From the IMG/VR virus record IMGVR_UViG_3300021368_000002: DNA of 64,000 nucleotides. One strand, written 5' to 3'. The notes below the pieces were generated by a model. The model saw only the letters and a program-made list of their open reading frames with translations. It made no database searches and was not told the DNA's origin. The first letter of the stretch is position 1. Each line of letters opens with the position of its first letter. This DNA is from a virus (Duplodnaviria > Caudoviricetes). This document shows, piece after piece, positions 1 through 9,359 of this stretch. Position numbers and translations under genes: made by a program.

Positions 1-51
1 TTATATTGCTGAGAAGCATTATGATGATATGGTAAACAAAAATCTAGTGGG

Positions 52-267
52 GTGGGTGTAATGACTGCAATAACTCACACTAGTTTTTATACAATCACCT
101 GTAAAGTTTGTACTGTAATTAGAAATGCACTAATTGCATTTTTTGTTGGCATGATCGCAATGGGCGAAAATGCTGGCAGATCAAGAGCTGCTGCTGAACT
201 AGCTCGTAACGGAATGATGGATGAAGCCAAAGCTCTAATGCTAAGAAAGGATAAAGAAGATGTATAG
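52..267 (+). CDS. small hypothetical protein
   Basis: ORF track; stop overlaps next ATG at 260; exact start uncertain (52 or 61). Confidence 0.6.
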   Translation: MGVMTAITHTSFYTITCKVCTVIRNALIAFFVGMIAMGENAGRSRAAAELARNGMMDEAKALMLRKDKEDV

Positions 268-370
268 TTGGAAAGACTTAGTTAAAACAACTGCTATCTT
301 TATCGGAATGATGGCATTCCTTGCTGCATTCCTAACATTAAACGGATTGCATTACGCAGGAGTTCTATAA
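260..370 (+). CDS. 36-aa single-TM membrane peptide (MYSWKDLVKTTAIFIGMMAFLAAFLTLNGLHYAGVL)
   Basis: read by eye; below ORF-track cutoff; fills gap between co-oriented genes; hydrophobic core. Confidence 0.5.
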   Translation: MYSWKDLVKTTAIFIGMMAFLAAFLTLNGLHYAGVL

Positions 371-374
371 TAAG

Positions 375-584
375 ATGAGCGGACAACGCCGCTGGTTGAA
401 ATGGTGGGCAAGAACTGTTGGTATGCCTATTGGTATTACCGATGACGACAAACCAGAGTTCCTGCCTATTAGCCAAAAAGACGTAAAGCGAGCTTTATGG
501 GCTCGCACCTTTTGGATCATACTGCACATTCTAACGTGTTTTATGATCATTGCAGGAAACGGCAGAGCATTAGGTCTGTGGTAA
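375..584 (+). CDS. small membrane protein, hypothetical
   Basis: ORF track; C-terminal hydrophobic helix; operon context. Confidence 0.65.
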   Translation: MSGQRRWLKWWARTVGMPIGITDDDKPEFLPISQKDVKRALWARTFWIILHILTCFMIIAGNGRALGLW

Positions 585-618
585 CTGCTACAAAACAGCA
601 CATCACCTATCGCAAGGG

Positions 619-649
619 TTGACATTACGCCAAACCCTTGCTATATATT
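619..649 (+). promoter_or_regulatory. sigma70-like promoter for pseudoazurin operon
   Basis: TTGACA at 619, 17-nt spacer, TATATA/TATATT. Confidence 0.65.
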
Positions 650-678
650 ATACACAGATTTACACGGAAGGAATCGTA

Positions 679-1110
679 ATGAGAAATCTTATCACTGCCG
701 CCGCCCTTGCCAGTTTTATTACAGTACCAGCATTTGCAGCGGATATTTCAATCGATATGTTAAACAAGCGAGATGACGGAGCCAAAATGGTTTACGGTCA
801 AGATATTGCTACTGTTGACGTAGGCGACACTATTACTTGGCTACCAACATCTAAAGGACACAATGTAGAATTTATTGCAGGTCCAGATGGTTGGGAAGCG
901 CCAAAGAAATCTAAACTATCAAAAGAATATTCATATACATTTGACACACCAGGTGTATACTTGTATCAATGCACGCCACACAAAAGCATGGGCATGATTG
1001 CTCTTGTCGTAGTTGGTGAAGACACTTCTAACCTAGACGCAGTAGCTGACGCAAAGGTGCGTGGCAAATCCAAGAAGAAACTCAAGGAACTGCTAGGTGA
1101 CATTAACTAA
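679..1110 (+). CDS. paz: pseudoazurin (type-1 blue copper protein, secreted)
   Basis: signal peptide (..VPAFA); cupredoxin ligands GHNV and YLYQCTPHKSMGM (His, Cys, His, Met); C-terminal pseudoazurin helices; start reassigned to ATG 679. Confidence 0.92.
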   Translation: MRNLITAAALASFITVPAFAADISIDMLNKRDDGAKMVYGQDIATVDVGDTITWLPTSKGHNVEFIAGPDGWEAPKKSKLSKEYSYTFDTPGVYLYQCTPHKSMGMIALVVVGEDTSNLDAVADAKVRGKSKKKLKELLGDIN

Positions 1111-1513
1111 GATAACATCCCGCATACCGGAGTTCTGTATGAGTCATTGGCTCATACGGATTCCACTCATTGTAGTATTCCTACAGCAAGGCTTTGCCAA
1201 ATGGCCTATTGATCTTGACACTGCTGAATCGTTTGGACTAACACTGTTGGTTTGGACGTTTGTTGTGTTGGGTGAGATTGGTGCAGGCTTTGGACTTATT
1301 GCTGGAGGAATACTTTATTATTTTAAAAACTGGATTAAGGAACTAGGTGATCTAATCACACGTTTCTCAGGCATTGTTATCACAGGTATTATGACTGGTG
1401 TCATATGGGTAGGAGAGCCAGACAGTTTTTGGGACGTAATACTTTATGATAACTTCCACGTCCTGTTATGGGTCGGCGGTATGTATTTTGCACTAAGAGG
1501 GAATAGAACATGA
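1097..1513 (+). CDS. DoxX-family membrane protein
   Basis: LIRIPLIVVFLQQGFAKW and LGEIGAGFGLIAG pattern; 3-4 TM helices; start uncertain. Confidence 0.7.
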   Translation: MTLTKITSRIPEFCMSHWLIRIPLIVVFLQQGFAKWPIDLDTAESFGLTLLVWTFVVLGEIGAGFGLIAGGILYYFKNWIKELGDLITRFSGIVITGIMTGVIWVGEPDSFWDVILYDNFHVLLWVGGMYFALRGNRT

Positions 1514-1731
1514 ATAAGCCAAATACAAAATTTGAACTGAGTGTGAAAGATATTAGGATTATCGAAGAAGCACTTAACAATAAAGTATCTCGTAGAAGCA
1601 AGCGGATGCTTGAAGGAGAAGATCCTGAAATACTAATGTCTGAAGCAAAAGAAATTAGAGATCTATTAGGCCGATTGCATAATCAAAAACAGTTTTATCG
1701 TCCAACCAAAGGCGTCTACGTTGGTGGTTGA
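1510..1731 (+). CDS. hypothetical protein
   Basis: ORF track; ATGA overlap with upstream gene. Confidence 0.7.
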   Translation: MNKPNTKFELSVKDIRIIEEALNNKVSRRSKRMLEGEDPEILMSEAKEIRDLLGRLHNQKQFYRPTKGVYVGG

Positions 1732-1756
1732 CAAATACTAAATAATACGTTATATT
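1728..1756 (+). promoter_or_regulatory. sigma70-like promoter with an embedded CTAAATA late-type motif
   Basis: TTGACA(1728)-N17-TATATT(1751). Confidence 0.7.
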
Positions 1757-1791
1757 AATAACACTACACACAGACACAGAAGGAGAATACA

Positions 1792-2103
1792 ATGTCAAAA
1801 GTAGAAACAACCTACGGGGAAACTATCCTCAAACAAACACAAGAAATTGCCGATATGTTTAAACAGGCAATGCCAAAAGTATCAACTAATAAAAACGGTT
1901 ACGAAATTCGCACTAAAGTACTAGAGATGGCTCAAAATAATGTTTGGCAAGATTATCACGCTAAACTGGGTGCATTTGAAACTTCAATTAAGAAGGATGG
2001 TGACGAAGTAGTGACCAAAGTAACAATGCCAGAAGTACCAGGCGTTGACGCTGTGATGGAAGCTGCTGAAAAGTTTTATGCTTTCGTTAACGGTAATAAA
2101 TAA
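1792..2103 (+). CDS. hypothetical protein
   Basis: AGGAG RBS; own promoter and terminator. Confidence 0.8.
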   Translation: MSKVETTYGETILKQTQEIADMFKQAMPKVSTNKNGYEIRTKVLEMAQNNVWQDYHAKLGAFETSIKKDGDEVVTKVTMPEVPGVDAVMEAAEKFYAFVNGNK

Positions 2104-2160
2104 AGTATAACAAAAAGAACATTGTGGGCATAGCCCAGCGTAAAGTAATTTAAAGTAGCA

Positions 2161-2190
2161 GCCCCTAGTTATTAATTTAGCTAGGGGTTA
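2161..2190. terminator. intrinsic terminator hairpin between convergent genes
   Basis: CCCCTAG..CTAGGGG inverted repeat. Confidence 0.65.
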
Positions 2191-2195
2191 ATCTT

Positions 2196-2945
2196 TTATG
2201 GGCTACGATTATTTAGATGTTCTTGATTATCCATTTCGTGTAACACACCTTCACCAAACACGCCCATTTCGTGCGAGCCTGAGATACTTGCTAGTTGGAA
2301 TTGGATGTCAGTCTTTTCTGCGTACACAAATGGTATGCGTCTTTGGATATTCATATTGTTGAAGAATGTTGTTCGTGCTACGTTTAAGATCCTGCCTGAT
2401 TCATTAGCAACATAGTTTCTAAACACCGCAGGTTTTGCCGCTGTGTTATCTGCTGAGAAAGCATCAATACGATATAGAGCAAACTGGTAGCCTCTAGGTA
2501 TAGTCGATATGCTGTCTTGGCAACGACCATCCCCTGGACGTATGCCTTTGTAGTATGTGGGTGTTCCAGCTAAGTCATCGCCTATGTCAATTGTTCCTGC
2601 GTTTGATCCTGCAAGTATGATAGCACCATTTAGTCTTAGATATTCTTTTGTAGTGCTAACCACACTTGTGCCTGCGAGTGTGACTGTTTCACTTATCCTG
2701 TCATAGTTAGCATCTAGTCCTTGTATGAGCAAGTTCATTGTGTCTGCGGCATTGGTGCTTTTGACTTGCATTATCTGTGCGGCTGGAGGAAACACATAGT
2801 CTGTGGTATCACCTCTATACCACATTGCTCTTAGGTTAGTGCCAGCATCTTCATTATAGCCAAATATGTTCCACGCTTCGTTGCCATTAGTTTTACCTAG
2901 TGCAACTGCGGCTTCCCAGTTGATATACTTGTCATTACTTGCCAT
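2196..2945 (-). CDS. hypothetical, beta-rich, possibly virion protein
   Basis: 249-aa ORF downstream of late-type promoter at 3250. Confidence 0.75.
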   Translation of the reverse strand: MASNDKYINWEAAVALGKTNGNEAWNIFGYNEDAGTNLRAMWYRGDTTDYVFPPAAQIMQVKSTNAADTMNLLIQGLDANYDRISETVTLAGTSVVSTTKEYLRLNGAIILAGSNAGTIDIGDDLAGTPTYYKGIRPGDGRCQDSISTIPRGYQFALYRIDAFSADNTAAKPAVFRNYVANESGRILNVARTTFFNNMNIQRRIPFVYAEKTDIQFQLASISGSHEMGVFGEGVLHEMDNQEHLNNRSP

Positions 2946-3231
2946 ATGGTGAAGGGTCCTTCACTCTAATATCTGCTGGATGCTTAGGACCATTTACACC
3001 GCCGCCTGCGTCAGTTGTGACAGCGTCAACTGGAGCAACTACCTCGTTTGGAGCATTACTTAACGGGCTTGCATTGTCTCTATTTTGTAACATTGCAAGT
3101 ATTTGCTTAAATCTACTTGTTTGCTCACCTGGTTCATTAGGTACACTCACATCAACACTCATTGTAGGTTGTTGTTGTTCTTCTTGGTCTAGTAAATCTA
3201 GTACAGCTCTAATAATATCTTGCGCTCGCAT
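2935..3231 (-). CDS. hypothetical protein
   Basis: AGGAG RBS and TAAATA motif upstream; + strand ORF 2939-3235 is its shadow. Confidence 0.75.
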   Translation of the reverse strand: MRAQDIIRAVLDLLDQEEQQQPTMSVDVSVPNEPGEQTSRFKQILAMLQNRDNASPLSNAPNEVVAPVDAVTTDAGGGVNGPKHPADIRVKDPSPYGK

Positions 3232-3249
3232 TTAAAACTCCTGTTATTG

Positions 3250-3264
3250 TATTTAGCGTAAATA
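3250..3264. promoter_or_regulatory. divergent pair of late-type TAAATA promoters
   Basis: TATTTA-GCG-TAAATA between divergent genes; T4 late promoter core is TATAAATA. Confidence 0.6.
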
Positions 3265-3268
3265 ACAT

Positions 3269-4468
3269 ATGATAGATAAAGAACCATTTGAACAGATACT
3301 TAAAGATTTAAAAGATCAAGGCAAGTATCGAGTTTTCAACGATATTGTTAGAGAGCGAGGGGATTTCCCTACAGCCATATGGTATGGACCGTATGCAATC
3401 AAAAATATTGTTAACTGGTGTTCGAATGACTATCTAGGTATGGGTCAAAACAAGGTAGTTATTGACGCAATGCATACTGCACTTGATCAAACAGGAAGTG
3501 GATCAGGTGGCACTAGAAACATTGGCGGCACATCACATTATCATGTTGCCCTTGAATTGGAACTAGCGTCTCTACACAGTAAAGAGAGTGCGCTCTTGTT
3601 CACTTCGGCATATGTCGCCAATGAATGGTCACTAATAGCTCTAAGCAAAATTGTTCCCGACATTGTGTTTTTGAGTGATTCAAAAAATCATGCAAGCCTC
3701 ATACAGGGTATCCGACACAGTGGTGCTGACAAACTAATATGGCAGCACAACAATATGAGTGATTTAGAGGAGAAGTTAGCACAAGTTACCGCCGAAGGAC
3801 GAACACCTTGCATAGTCTTTGAGTCTGTGTATAGCATGGATGGTGATGTCTCGCCAATTTCTTCGATCTGCGATCTAGCAGACACTTATGGTGCTATGAC
3901 CTATATTGACGAAGTCCACGCTGTAGGATTGTATGGAGAAGCTGGAGCAGGGTATCTAGAGAAGCTAGGTATTAAAGATAGGGTTGATATAGTCAATGGC
4001 ACTTTAGGTAAGGCCTTTGGTGTACAGGGTGGATACATAGCTGCCGATAGGACCGTTATAGACGCAATCAGATCTGTGTCTAGTGGATTCATATTCACCA
4101 CCAGCACTAGTCCTGTGATTTGTGCCGGTGCCCTTGCATCTATAAAATATCTAAAAGACCATAATGAGCTAAGAGAACAACATCAAGAAAGAGCTGCTTC
4201 TTTAAAACTTATGCTGAAACAAAAAGGTATAGAAGTATTAGAAGATGCTTGTACACACATCATACCAGTAATGGTAAGAGATGCCAAAAGATGCAAATCA
4301 ATGAGTGATGCATTATTAAATGATTATGGTATATACATACAGCCAATTAATTATCCAACAGTGGCTGTCGGGGAAGAACGTTTACGCATCGCGCCTACTC
4401 CTTTACATACAGATGCGATGATGCATCATTTAGTTGATGCACTTAGAAAGGTATTCGATGAATATTAA
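3269..4468 (+). CDS. hemA: 5-aminolevulinate synthase (PLP-dependent, Shemin pathway)
   Basis: [53 protein letters not shown] (PLP Lys), [13 protein letters not shown]. Confidence 0.95.
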   Translation: MIDKEPFEQILKDLKDQGKYRVFNDIVRERGDFPTAIWYGPYAIKNIVNWCSNDYLGMGQNKVVIDAMHTALDQTGSGSGGTRNIGGTSHYHVALELELASLHSKESALLFTSAYVANEWSLIALSKIVPDIVFLSDSKNHASLIQGIRHSGADKLIWQHNNMSDLEEKLAQVTAEGRTPCIVFESVYSMDGDVSPISSICDLADTYGAMTYIDEVHAVGLYGEAGAGYLEKLGIKDRVDIVNGTLGKAFGVQGGYIAADRTVIDAIRSVSSGFIFTTSTSPVICAGALASIKYLKDHNELREQHQERAASLKLMLKQKGIEVLEDACTHIIPVMVRDAKRCKSMSDALLNDYGIYIQPINYPTVAVGEERLRIAPTPLHTDAMMHHLVDALRKVFDEY

Positions 4469-4874
4469 AAAAACGTTTTGGCTAGTCTTGGGCTTTATGA
4501 GTCTCGGAATGGCCTATGTAGGAGTTGTCGTTCCTGGCATTCCATTTAGTATCTTCTTAGTATTTGCTGCCTATTGTTTTGCAAAAAGTTCTAAGCGGAT
4601 GCATGATTGGATTTACAATCACAAATACTTTGGTCCTTTCCTAACTAACTGGACGCAAAAAAGTGTGTTTCCTACCAAAGGCAAATACGCAATGATTCTA
4701 GTGATGGCATCGTCACTTGCATTCCTTTGGTTCACTACAGAAAATATCAAAGCTGTTGCTTGGAGCGGAGGGTTCATGGCACTGGTTGCAATTTGGGCAT
4801 GGAGGTTTCCAGGAACAGTCGACGAATGGCAAAGACGAAAAGATCAAGGTCTAAAGATAGGCTGGATAAAGTAA
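4458..4874 (+). CDS. ybaN: YbaN/DUF454 family inner-membrane protein
   Basis: [47 protein letters not shown] matches DUF454 pattern; start ATG 4458. Confidence 0.85.
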   Translation: MNIKKTFWLVLGFMSLGMAYVGVVVPGIPFSIFLVFAAYCFAKSSKRMHDWIYNHKYFGPFLTNWTQKSVFPTKGKYAMILVMASSLAFLWFTTENIKAVAWSGGFMALVAIWAWRFPGTVDEWQRRKDQGLKIGWIK

Positions 4875-4885
4875 AGGCCCCGCTG

Positions 4886-5395
4886 TTACAGGTAGGGTTC
4901 CCAACTAGGATGCCGTACATCAATTTCTAATTGCTTACGCTTGTTCACAAGTTCCCAGTAATCAGGTTGGTACGGCATTTTTAGTGGCTTCATTTTCATT
5001 TTGTTGCCTTTGGAACTATTACATGGCCCGCAAGCAGCGACAATGTTGTTCCATGCGGTTTTGCCTCCCATACTAAGTGGTCGGACGTGATCTAATGTTA
5101 ATAATCTTCTAGGGAATTGTGTGTTGCAGTATTGACAAGTGTAAAGGTCGCGGAGGTAAAGGTTAGTTTTAGAGAATCTAGGCGTTCGCCGTCGCCGTTG
5201 AAATTCTTTAAGCATAATCACAGCAGGAACTTTAGTTTCCCAATTTGCACTGCTAACAACCCAATCATCATACCATTCAAGTACATCACACTTGTCTAGC
5301 CACATATAGGTAATGGCTTCTTTCCATTGTACAGCTGATAAAGGTAAGTATGAAACGGGTTGTGCGTCTGCATTTAACACAAGAACATCTGACAC
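4886..5395 (-). CDS. HNH endonuclease
   Basis: RDLYTCQYC..TLDHVRPLSMGGKTAWNNIVAACGPCNSSK; GTG start after AAGGAG. Confidence 0.9.
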   Translation of the reverse strand: MSDVLVLNADAQPVSYLPLSAVQWKEAITYMWLDKCDVLEWYDDWVVSSANWETKVPAVIMLKEFQRRRRTPRFSKTNLYLRDLYTCQYCNTQFPRRLLTLDHVRPLSMGGKTAWNNIVAACGPCNSSKGNKMKMKPLKMPYQPDYWELVNKRKQLEIDVRHPSWEPYL

Positions 5396-5420
5396 AACTA
5401 GAACTCCTTTTGGACTAGTA

Positions 5421-5621
5421 TTAATATTTATCAGTGGGAATACACACAGCTTGAGTATTGGTAGGAAAATAGCCTTCAGAACCACCTACTGTGAAACTTA
5501 GTTTTTCTCTTGCTTCAAAGCATTCTATCATATCATCGAACACATCACCATTAGGTCCTAGTGCATTCACTGCAATAGGATCAGTACCGCCTAAGATAAT
5601 ATATACCAACATCCATTTCAT
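5421..5621 (-). CDS. hypothetical protein (paired Cys)
   Basis: ORF track; tightly packed operon. Confidence 0.65.
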   Translation of the reverse strand: MKWMLVYIILGGTDPIAVNALGPNGDVFDDMIECFEAREKLSFTVGGSEGYFPTNTQAVCIPTDKY

Positions 5622-5872
5622 ATCGATTCACCTTGTTCTATTTGGCTTGCTTCAAGAAAATCTTTTAGTTTGTCCTCATTGACACACAAGAGCTTCTCTA
5701 GGCCATCTCCAGGAAATTCATCTTTCAAATGTAGATATATTGTAGGACCATTATCCTTTACCCATTCTACGCATTGTTCGGGATTATCAAAAATAGGATT
5801 GCTCCAAATGTAAACATCCTTTTGGTCTCCACTATAAACAAGAGACATAATTGCAACTAGGAAGACTTTCAT
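5618..5872 (-). CDS. hypothetical protein
   Basis: ORF track; 4-nt overlaps. Confidence 0.7.
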   Translation of the reverse strand: MKVFLVAIMSLVYSGDQKDVYIWSNPIFDNPEQCVEWVKDNGPTIYLHLKDEFPGDGLEKLLCVNEDKLKDFLEASQIEQGESI

Positions 5873-6222
5873 TGAGTAGGCCCTCCACTATAGGGTGCGA
5901 AATTTTTTCCTGTCATTAACATACAGCCTATTCCATCACCAAAAATCTGCATTACCGAAAATGTTCCTGTGTCTTGATTGGTAAAGAAAAATAATCCTCC
6001 CGTCATCATTTGGCCACTTCGTGCTTCAAAAGTAACCCCGTCGCCAAAAAACAAAAGTTCTTCACCATATTTTTCTGTTACCAGTGTCATCATTTCCGGT
6101 GCATAGTCACACGCTGAACGTGTGAAATAAAATCTCTCTTGGGGTTGGGTTTCTTGGGCTATACTTTGAGCTCCAAACACAACCGCAAGCAGAAAAAATG
6201 CAACCGCGGTTAGTTTGGTCAT
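5869..6222 (-). CDS. secreted hypothetical protein
   Basis: signal peptide; AGGAG RBS. Confidence 0.75.
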   Translation of the reverse strand: MTKLTAVAFFLLAVVFGAQSIAQETQPQERFYFTRSACDYAPEMMTLVTEKYGEELLFFGDGVTFEARSGQMMTGGLFFFTNQDTGTFSVMQIFGDGIGCMLMTGKNFAPYSGGPTQ

Positions 6223-6232
6223 ATCCGTTCTC

Positions 6233-6346
6233 CTATCTGTTCAGATACTCCAAATAGTTTTGAGCCACAAGCTGATCTATTTTGTCTTGTAACTTTCGCC
6301 ACTCCTTGGAGTCTTCAGCATAACGGCTTTGATCCTGTCTAAGCAT
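6233..6346 (-). CDS. 37-aa hypothetical peptide
   Basis: read by eye; fills gap in operon. Confidence 0.4.
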   Translation of the reverse strand: MLRQDQSRYAEDSKEWRKLQDKIDQLVAQNYLEYLNR

Positions 6347-6348
6347 TT

Positions 6349-6900
6349 TTAGAACCAGGCTGATATTGTTTCCTTCGTGCATTGTTCTAACGCCTTTTCC
6401 CATTGTTTTTCACCATCATACTGAAATACTATAGCACGGTCTGCTGGCATTGTCAACCACCCATTGTAATTTTGATAAGGAAAAGTTCCGTTTATCTCTG
6501 CTTGGAGCTGACCCTTAGACCATACTGCTAATCCTGTGAACACTCTATACTGTCTTGGAGCGTTACCAGTGCCTATTTTTTCTATCATAAATTCATCACT
6601 ACTAGCGGCTAGGCCCCGCTGTAGCAGGTAGGTATTACCACTATACCAATCATCTTCATGCACCAATGTGACGGCTTGCCCATTTACAGGCCCACCACAA
6701 TGTATCACTTCGTCTGTGATTGCAGGGCAACCTTTAGATTCTAAAAAACTCTGGAATGGAAAATTACTAGGTTTATTTAATACTACACCAACGCTGCCAT
6801 TATCAGCGTCTTCAATCATTAACACCACAGACCGGGTAAACATCCTATCTTTTAGATTAGGATGTGCGATTAGTAGATAGCCTTGGAGACTTTTTGACAT
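6349..6900 (-). CDS. yqgE: YqgE/AlgH (DUF179) family protein
   Basis: LLIAHPNLKDRMFTRSVVL, GSVGVVLNKP, GGPV, RVFTGLAVWSKGQLQAEI..GW. Confidence 0.9.
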   Translation of the reverse strand: MSKSLQGYLLIAHPNLKDRMFTRSVVLMIEDADNGSVGVVLNKPSNFPFQSFLESKGCPAITDEVIHCGGPVNGQAVTLVHEDDWYSGNTYLLQRGLAASSDEFMIEKIGTGNAPRQYRVFTGLAVWSKGQLQAEINGTFPYQNYNGWLTMPADRAIVFQYDGEKQWEKALEQCTKETISAWF

Positions 6901-6908
6901 AATATCTC

Positions 6909-7154
6909 CTAACTGTAATCCGGTAAAGGTCCGCCGTGAGCTTTTCCTTTAATCTTTTTACCACCAACCTTAATTCTTCTCTTGCCTACCTTATGACTTT
7001 TATTGCCACTACGGGTTCTAAGGCCTTGGCTTTTACAACTAGCCAACGCTGAGGCTCCTAATTTAGAATTAGGTTTGGAAGAACGACAAAGCTCTTTAGA
7101 GGCTTGCCATTCTTCAATATCTTCGACTAATGTTAATAATTCATCTATTCTCAT
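6909..7154 (-). CDS. small basic protein, hypothetical
   Basis: ATG 7154 just downstream of GATAAATA; Lys/Gly-rich. Confidence 0.7.
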   Translation of the reverse strand: MRIDELLTLVEDIEEWQASKELCRSSKPNSKLGASALASCKSQGLRTRSGNKSHKVGKRRIKVGGKKIKGKAHGGPLPDYS

Positions 7155-7155
7155 G

Positions 7156-7371
7156 CTATCTGTATTTATCCGCAGGATTATCAAAATCCGTGTCGGCTGA
7201 TTCGCATAATCTGAAAGTCAGCGCCTTTCGAGGTCCCCTGGTTGTATTGATATTGATCTCTCCTGATTTCTCATGGAATTCTATTTTCGTGATTTTAGCT
7301 CTATCATTTTTTGGTCCGACAAGTATCTCTTGTCCTAACTCTAGGTTAAGATTGATATTCTTCAATGTCAT
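7156..7371 (-). CDS. hypothetical protein
   Basis: AGGAG RBS; ATAAATA upstream at 7413. Confidence 0.7.
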   Translation of the reverse strand: MTLKNINLNLELGQEILVGPKNDRAKITKIEFHEKSGEININTTRGPRKALTFRLCESADTDFDNPADKYR

Positions 7372-7499
7372 GGGATTCTCCTTTTCGACTCAAAGGGCTG
7401 AGGCCTTCAAAGTATTTATTTTTCCAAAACAGGTTGACAATCTGTAGAGACTATAGTATATTGTATAGACAATGAGGCAACGAACTGAGGGGTTCAAAC

Positions 7500-7772
7500 A
7501 TGAAAACACTTAAACAATATATCAACGACAACAACCGTTGGATCGCAATTTTTGGCAATCCGCAGATGTCGTTTCCATTATCGCAAAAAGATGTAGATGA
7601 ACTGGCACAGACACTAGACAGCAACCTGTCTCCAGAAAATTTACATTGCGATGGTGAGATTTCGGTTGCAGAAGCAAATCGTAAATATCGCTTCTATGCA
7701 ACGGTAGCCGCAGAGCTTGAGGCATACTGCCGTTCAAACTCGCTTGCAATGCCAACCATTTACGAACTTTAA
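7500..7772 (+). CDS. early hypothetical protein
   Basis: behind promoter 7434 and GAGGGG RBS. Confidence 0.85.
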   Translation: MKTLKQYINDNNRWIAIFGNPQMSFPLSQKDVDELAQTLDSNLSPENLHCDGEISVAEANRKYRFYATVAAELEAYCRSNSLAMPTIYEL

Positions 7773-7783
7773 GAGGGACTGAT

Positions 7784-8116
7784 ATGTATTACATCTACGA
7801 ACAATCGACTACCTATATCATTGGCAAGCCAGACCGCAATGGTGTGGCTCGTCCAGATCATCGTCAGAGCTATAAAACAATGGCGGCGGCCAAAGCCGGG
7901 CTCACACGAATTGCAAAGGCGGAAGGCTTGTTGAAGACAGATCCTAACCATGCTGAGTATCGTTATGCGATAGCAGAAGCAGATTATTTCCATAAGAACA
8001 TTGAGAAGCAGGTGAAGCGAAAGGTGCTTGAAGGCTTTGGTGGCAAGGAGTTTATGGAACCTATCAACACCCCTTCCTATATGTCACCGTCAAGTGAATC
8101 ATATTGGAGTATGTGA
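7784..8116 (+). CDS. early hypothetical protein
   Basis: GAGGG RBS. Confidence 0.8.
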   Translation: MYYIYEQSTTYIIGKPDRNGVARPDHRQSYKTMAAAKAGLTRIAKAEGLLKTDPNHAEYRYAIAEADYFHKNIEKQVKRKVLEGFGGKEFMEPINTPSYMSPSSESYWSM

Positions 8117-8117
8117 T

Positions 8118-8642
8118 ATGGGAATGAAAATTACAGATTTTGTCCACGATGGTTTTTGCAAGATTGCTGATGTAAGATGGCATCCATGCGAACAAAGAAT
8201 TAGAGAGGGTAAATGGACTTTGGTAAACACAAACGACCTACTCCTCTTTTCAGAGCATGATAGTTGGATCTATTGTATTGTAGAAGGCGACATCATTAAG
8301 AAACTTGGCGAAACAGGTAACCCCTTAGGCGTGCAGAACAAAGATGGATCTTTGGCTACAGGCACCCAGGGCAGACTAGGACGTCTTTGTTCTATGGGCA
8401 GTATCAACTCCGACACCACCGACACCGACACCCGTATTAGATATGAATTGCAAGATTCTATAGATGCAGAGGTTGTATCTATTTGGGCCAAACCATGTGA
8501 GATTGTATATACTACAGTTTCGTTCCATGGACAGGAAAAACAAGTCAAGCTCACCACCCATAAGGATTTAGAAAGAGTGATGCTGGATCATATCTATGCT
8601 GAAACAGGAACATATCCTGATCTAAACAAAGGCAGAAAGTAA
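8118..8642 (+). CDS. GIY-YIG nuclease resembling T4 endonuclease II (DenA)
   Basis: WIYCIVEGDIIKKLGET ~ IYAIAINDELVYIGKT; SIWAKPC ~ EFYARQC; KDLE; PDLN ~ PPWN (by-eye comparison from memory). Confidence 0.6.
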   Translation: MGMKITDFVHDGFCKIADVRWHPCEQRIREGKWTLVNTNDLLLFSEHDSWIYCIVEGDIIKKLGETGNPLGVQNKDGSLATGTQGRLGRLCSMGSINSDTTDTDTRIRYELQDSIDAEVVSIWAKPCEIVYTTVSFHGQEKQVKLTTHKDLERVMLDHIYAETGTYPDLNKGRK

Positions 8643-8718
8643 CCAAAAGAGGTTGACATTTGCTAGTGTCGACCTTATTATGTATGTATAAGTTGAAACA
8701 ACAGACAAGAGGGTAACA

Positions 8719-8994
8719 ATGTCTAATTCAGTAACAAAAGCCGTCCAAGAGATTTACAAAATGGACAACGATCAGCTCAACCAAGTCGTTGAAGCGATTA
8801 AACTTCGTAGAACTTATTTGACTCGTGAGGCAGCTCGGTCTTTCCGAACAGGACAGATTGTGTCGTTTACATCTCGCACAGGTGGCAAAATTACAGGTTC
8901 TATTCAAAAGGTCAACCGTAAGTATATTATCGTTGATGCCCATGTAGGTGGCACACGATACAAGGTGCCTGCGTCAATGCTGGAGACTGTATAA
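8719..8994 (+). CDS. early hypothetical protein, SH3-like pattern
   Basis: promoter 8653; GQIVSF..ITGSIQKVNRKYIIV. Confidence 0.8.
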   Translation: MSNSVTKAVQEIYKMDNDQLNQVVEAIKLRRTYLTREAARSFRTGQIVSFTSRTGGKITGSIQKVNRKYIIVDAHVGGTRYKVPASMLETV

Positions 8995-9194
8995 TGTTAG
9001 CCTATTGCGATTACATTGCAGACACTATCAAGCGATCATTTAATAATGACAAGCCTGATAATATGATTAAAAGTGTAGGTCCTATTCAAATGGACCTACA
9101 TCCAACCGAAGGGTATTTCCTGTCTACCAAAAAGACGATGAGCATGACAGACATGAACGGAAAGACCTATATGATTACAATAGAGGAGGCGTAA
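8994..9194 (+). CDS. early hypothetical protein
   Basis: TAATG coupling. Confidence 0.75.
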   Translation: MLAYCDYIADTIKRSFNNDKPDNMIKSVGPIQMDLHPTEGYFLSTKKTMSMTDMNGKTYMITIEEA

Positions 9195-9359
9195 ATGAAC
9201 GAACTTGTTGAAATGATCGAAGACCTTGAAACGATCTCTACCATGACCATGCACCCTGCATTGGAAGAAACAATCGAACGCATCACCCAGAAGTATGAAC
9301 AGCGTTTGGCTGATGCAGAAGCAGATCTTGAACGCCAATACGAGATGGACTTTGCTTAA
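9195..9359 (+). CDS. 54-aa acidic hypothetical protein
   Basis: GAGGAGG RBS; read by eye. Confidence 0.7.
   Translation: MNELVEMIEDLETISTMTMHPALEETIERITQKYEQRLADAEADLERQYEMDFA

Noticed and set aside
2939-3235. + strand 98-aa ORF
   Set aside because: Antisense shadow of 2935-3231, which has an RBS and promoter motif.
1-7400. Host chromosome or prophage junction suggested by metabolic genes
   Set aside because: These genes share the phage's composition, TAAATA motifs and the GGCCCCGCTGT element; no integrase or att site is visible.
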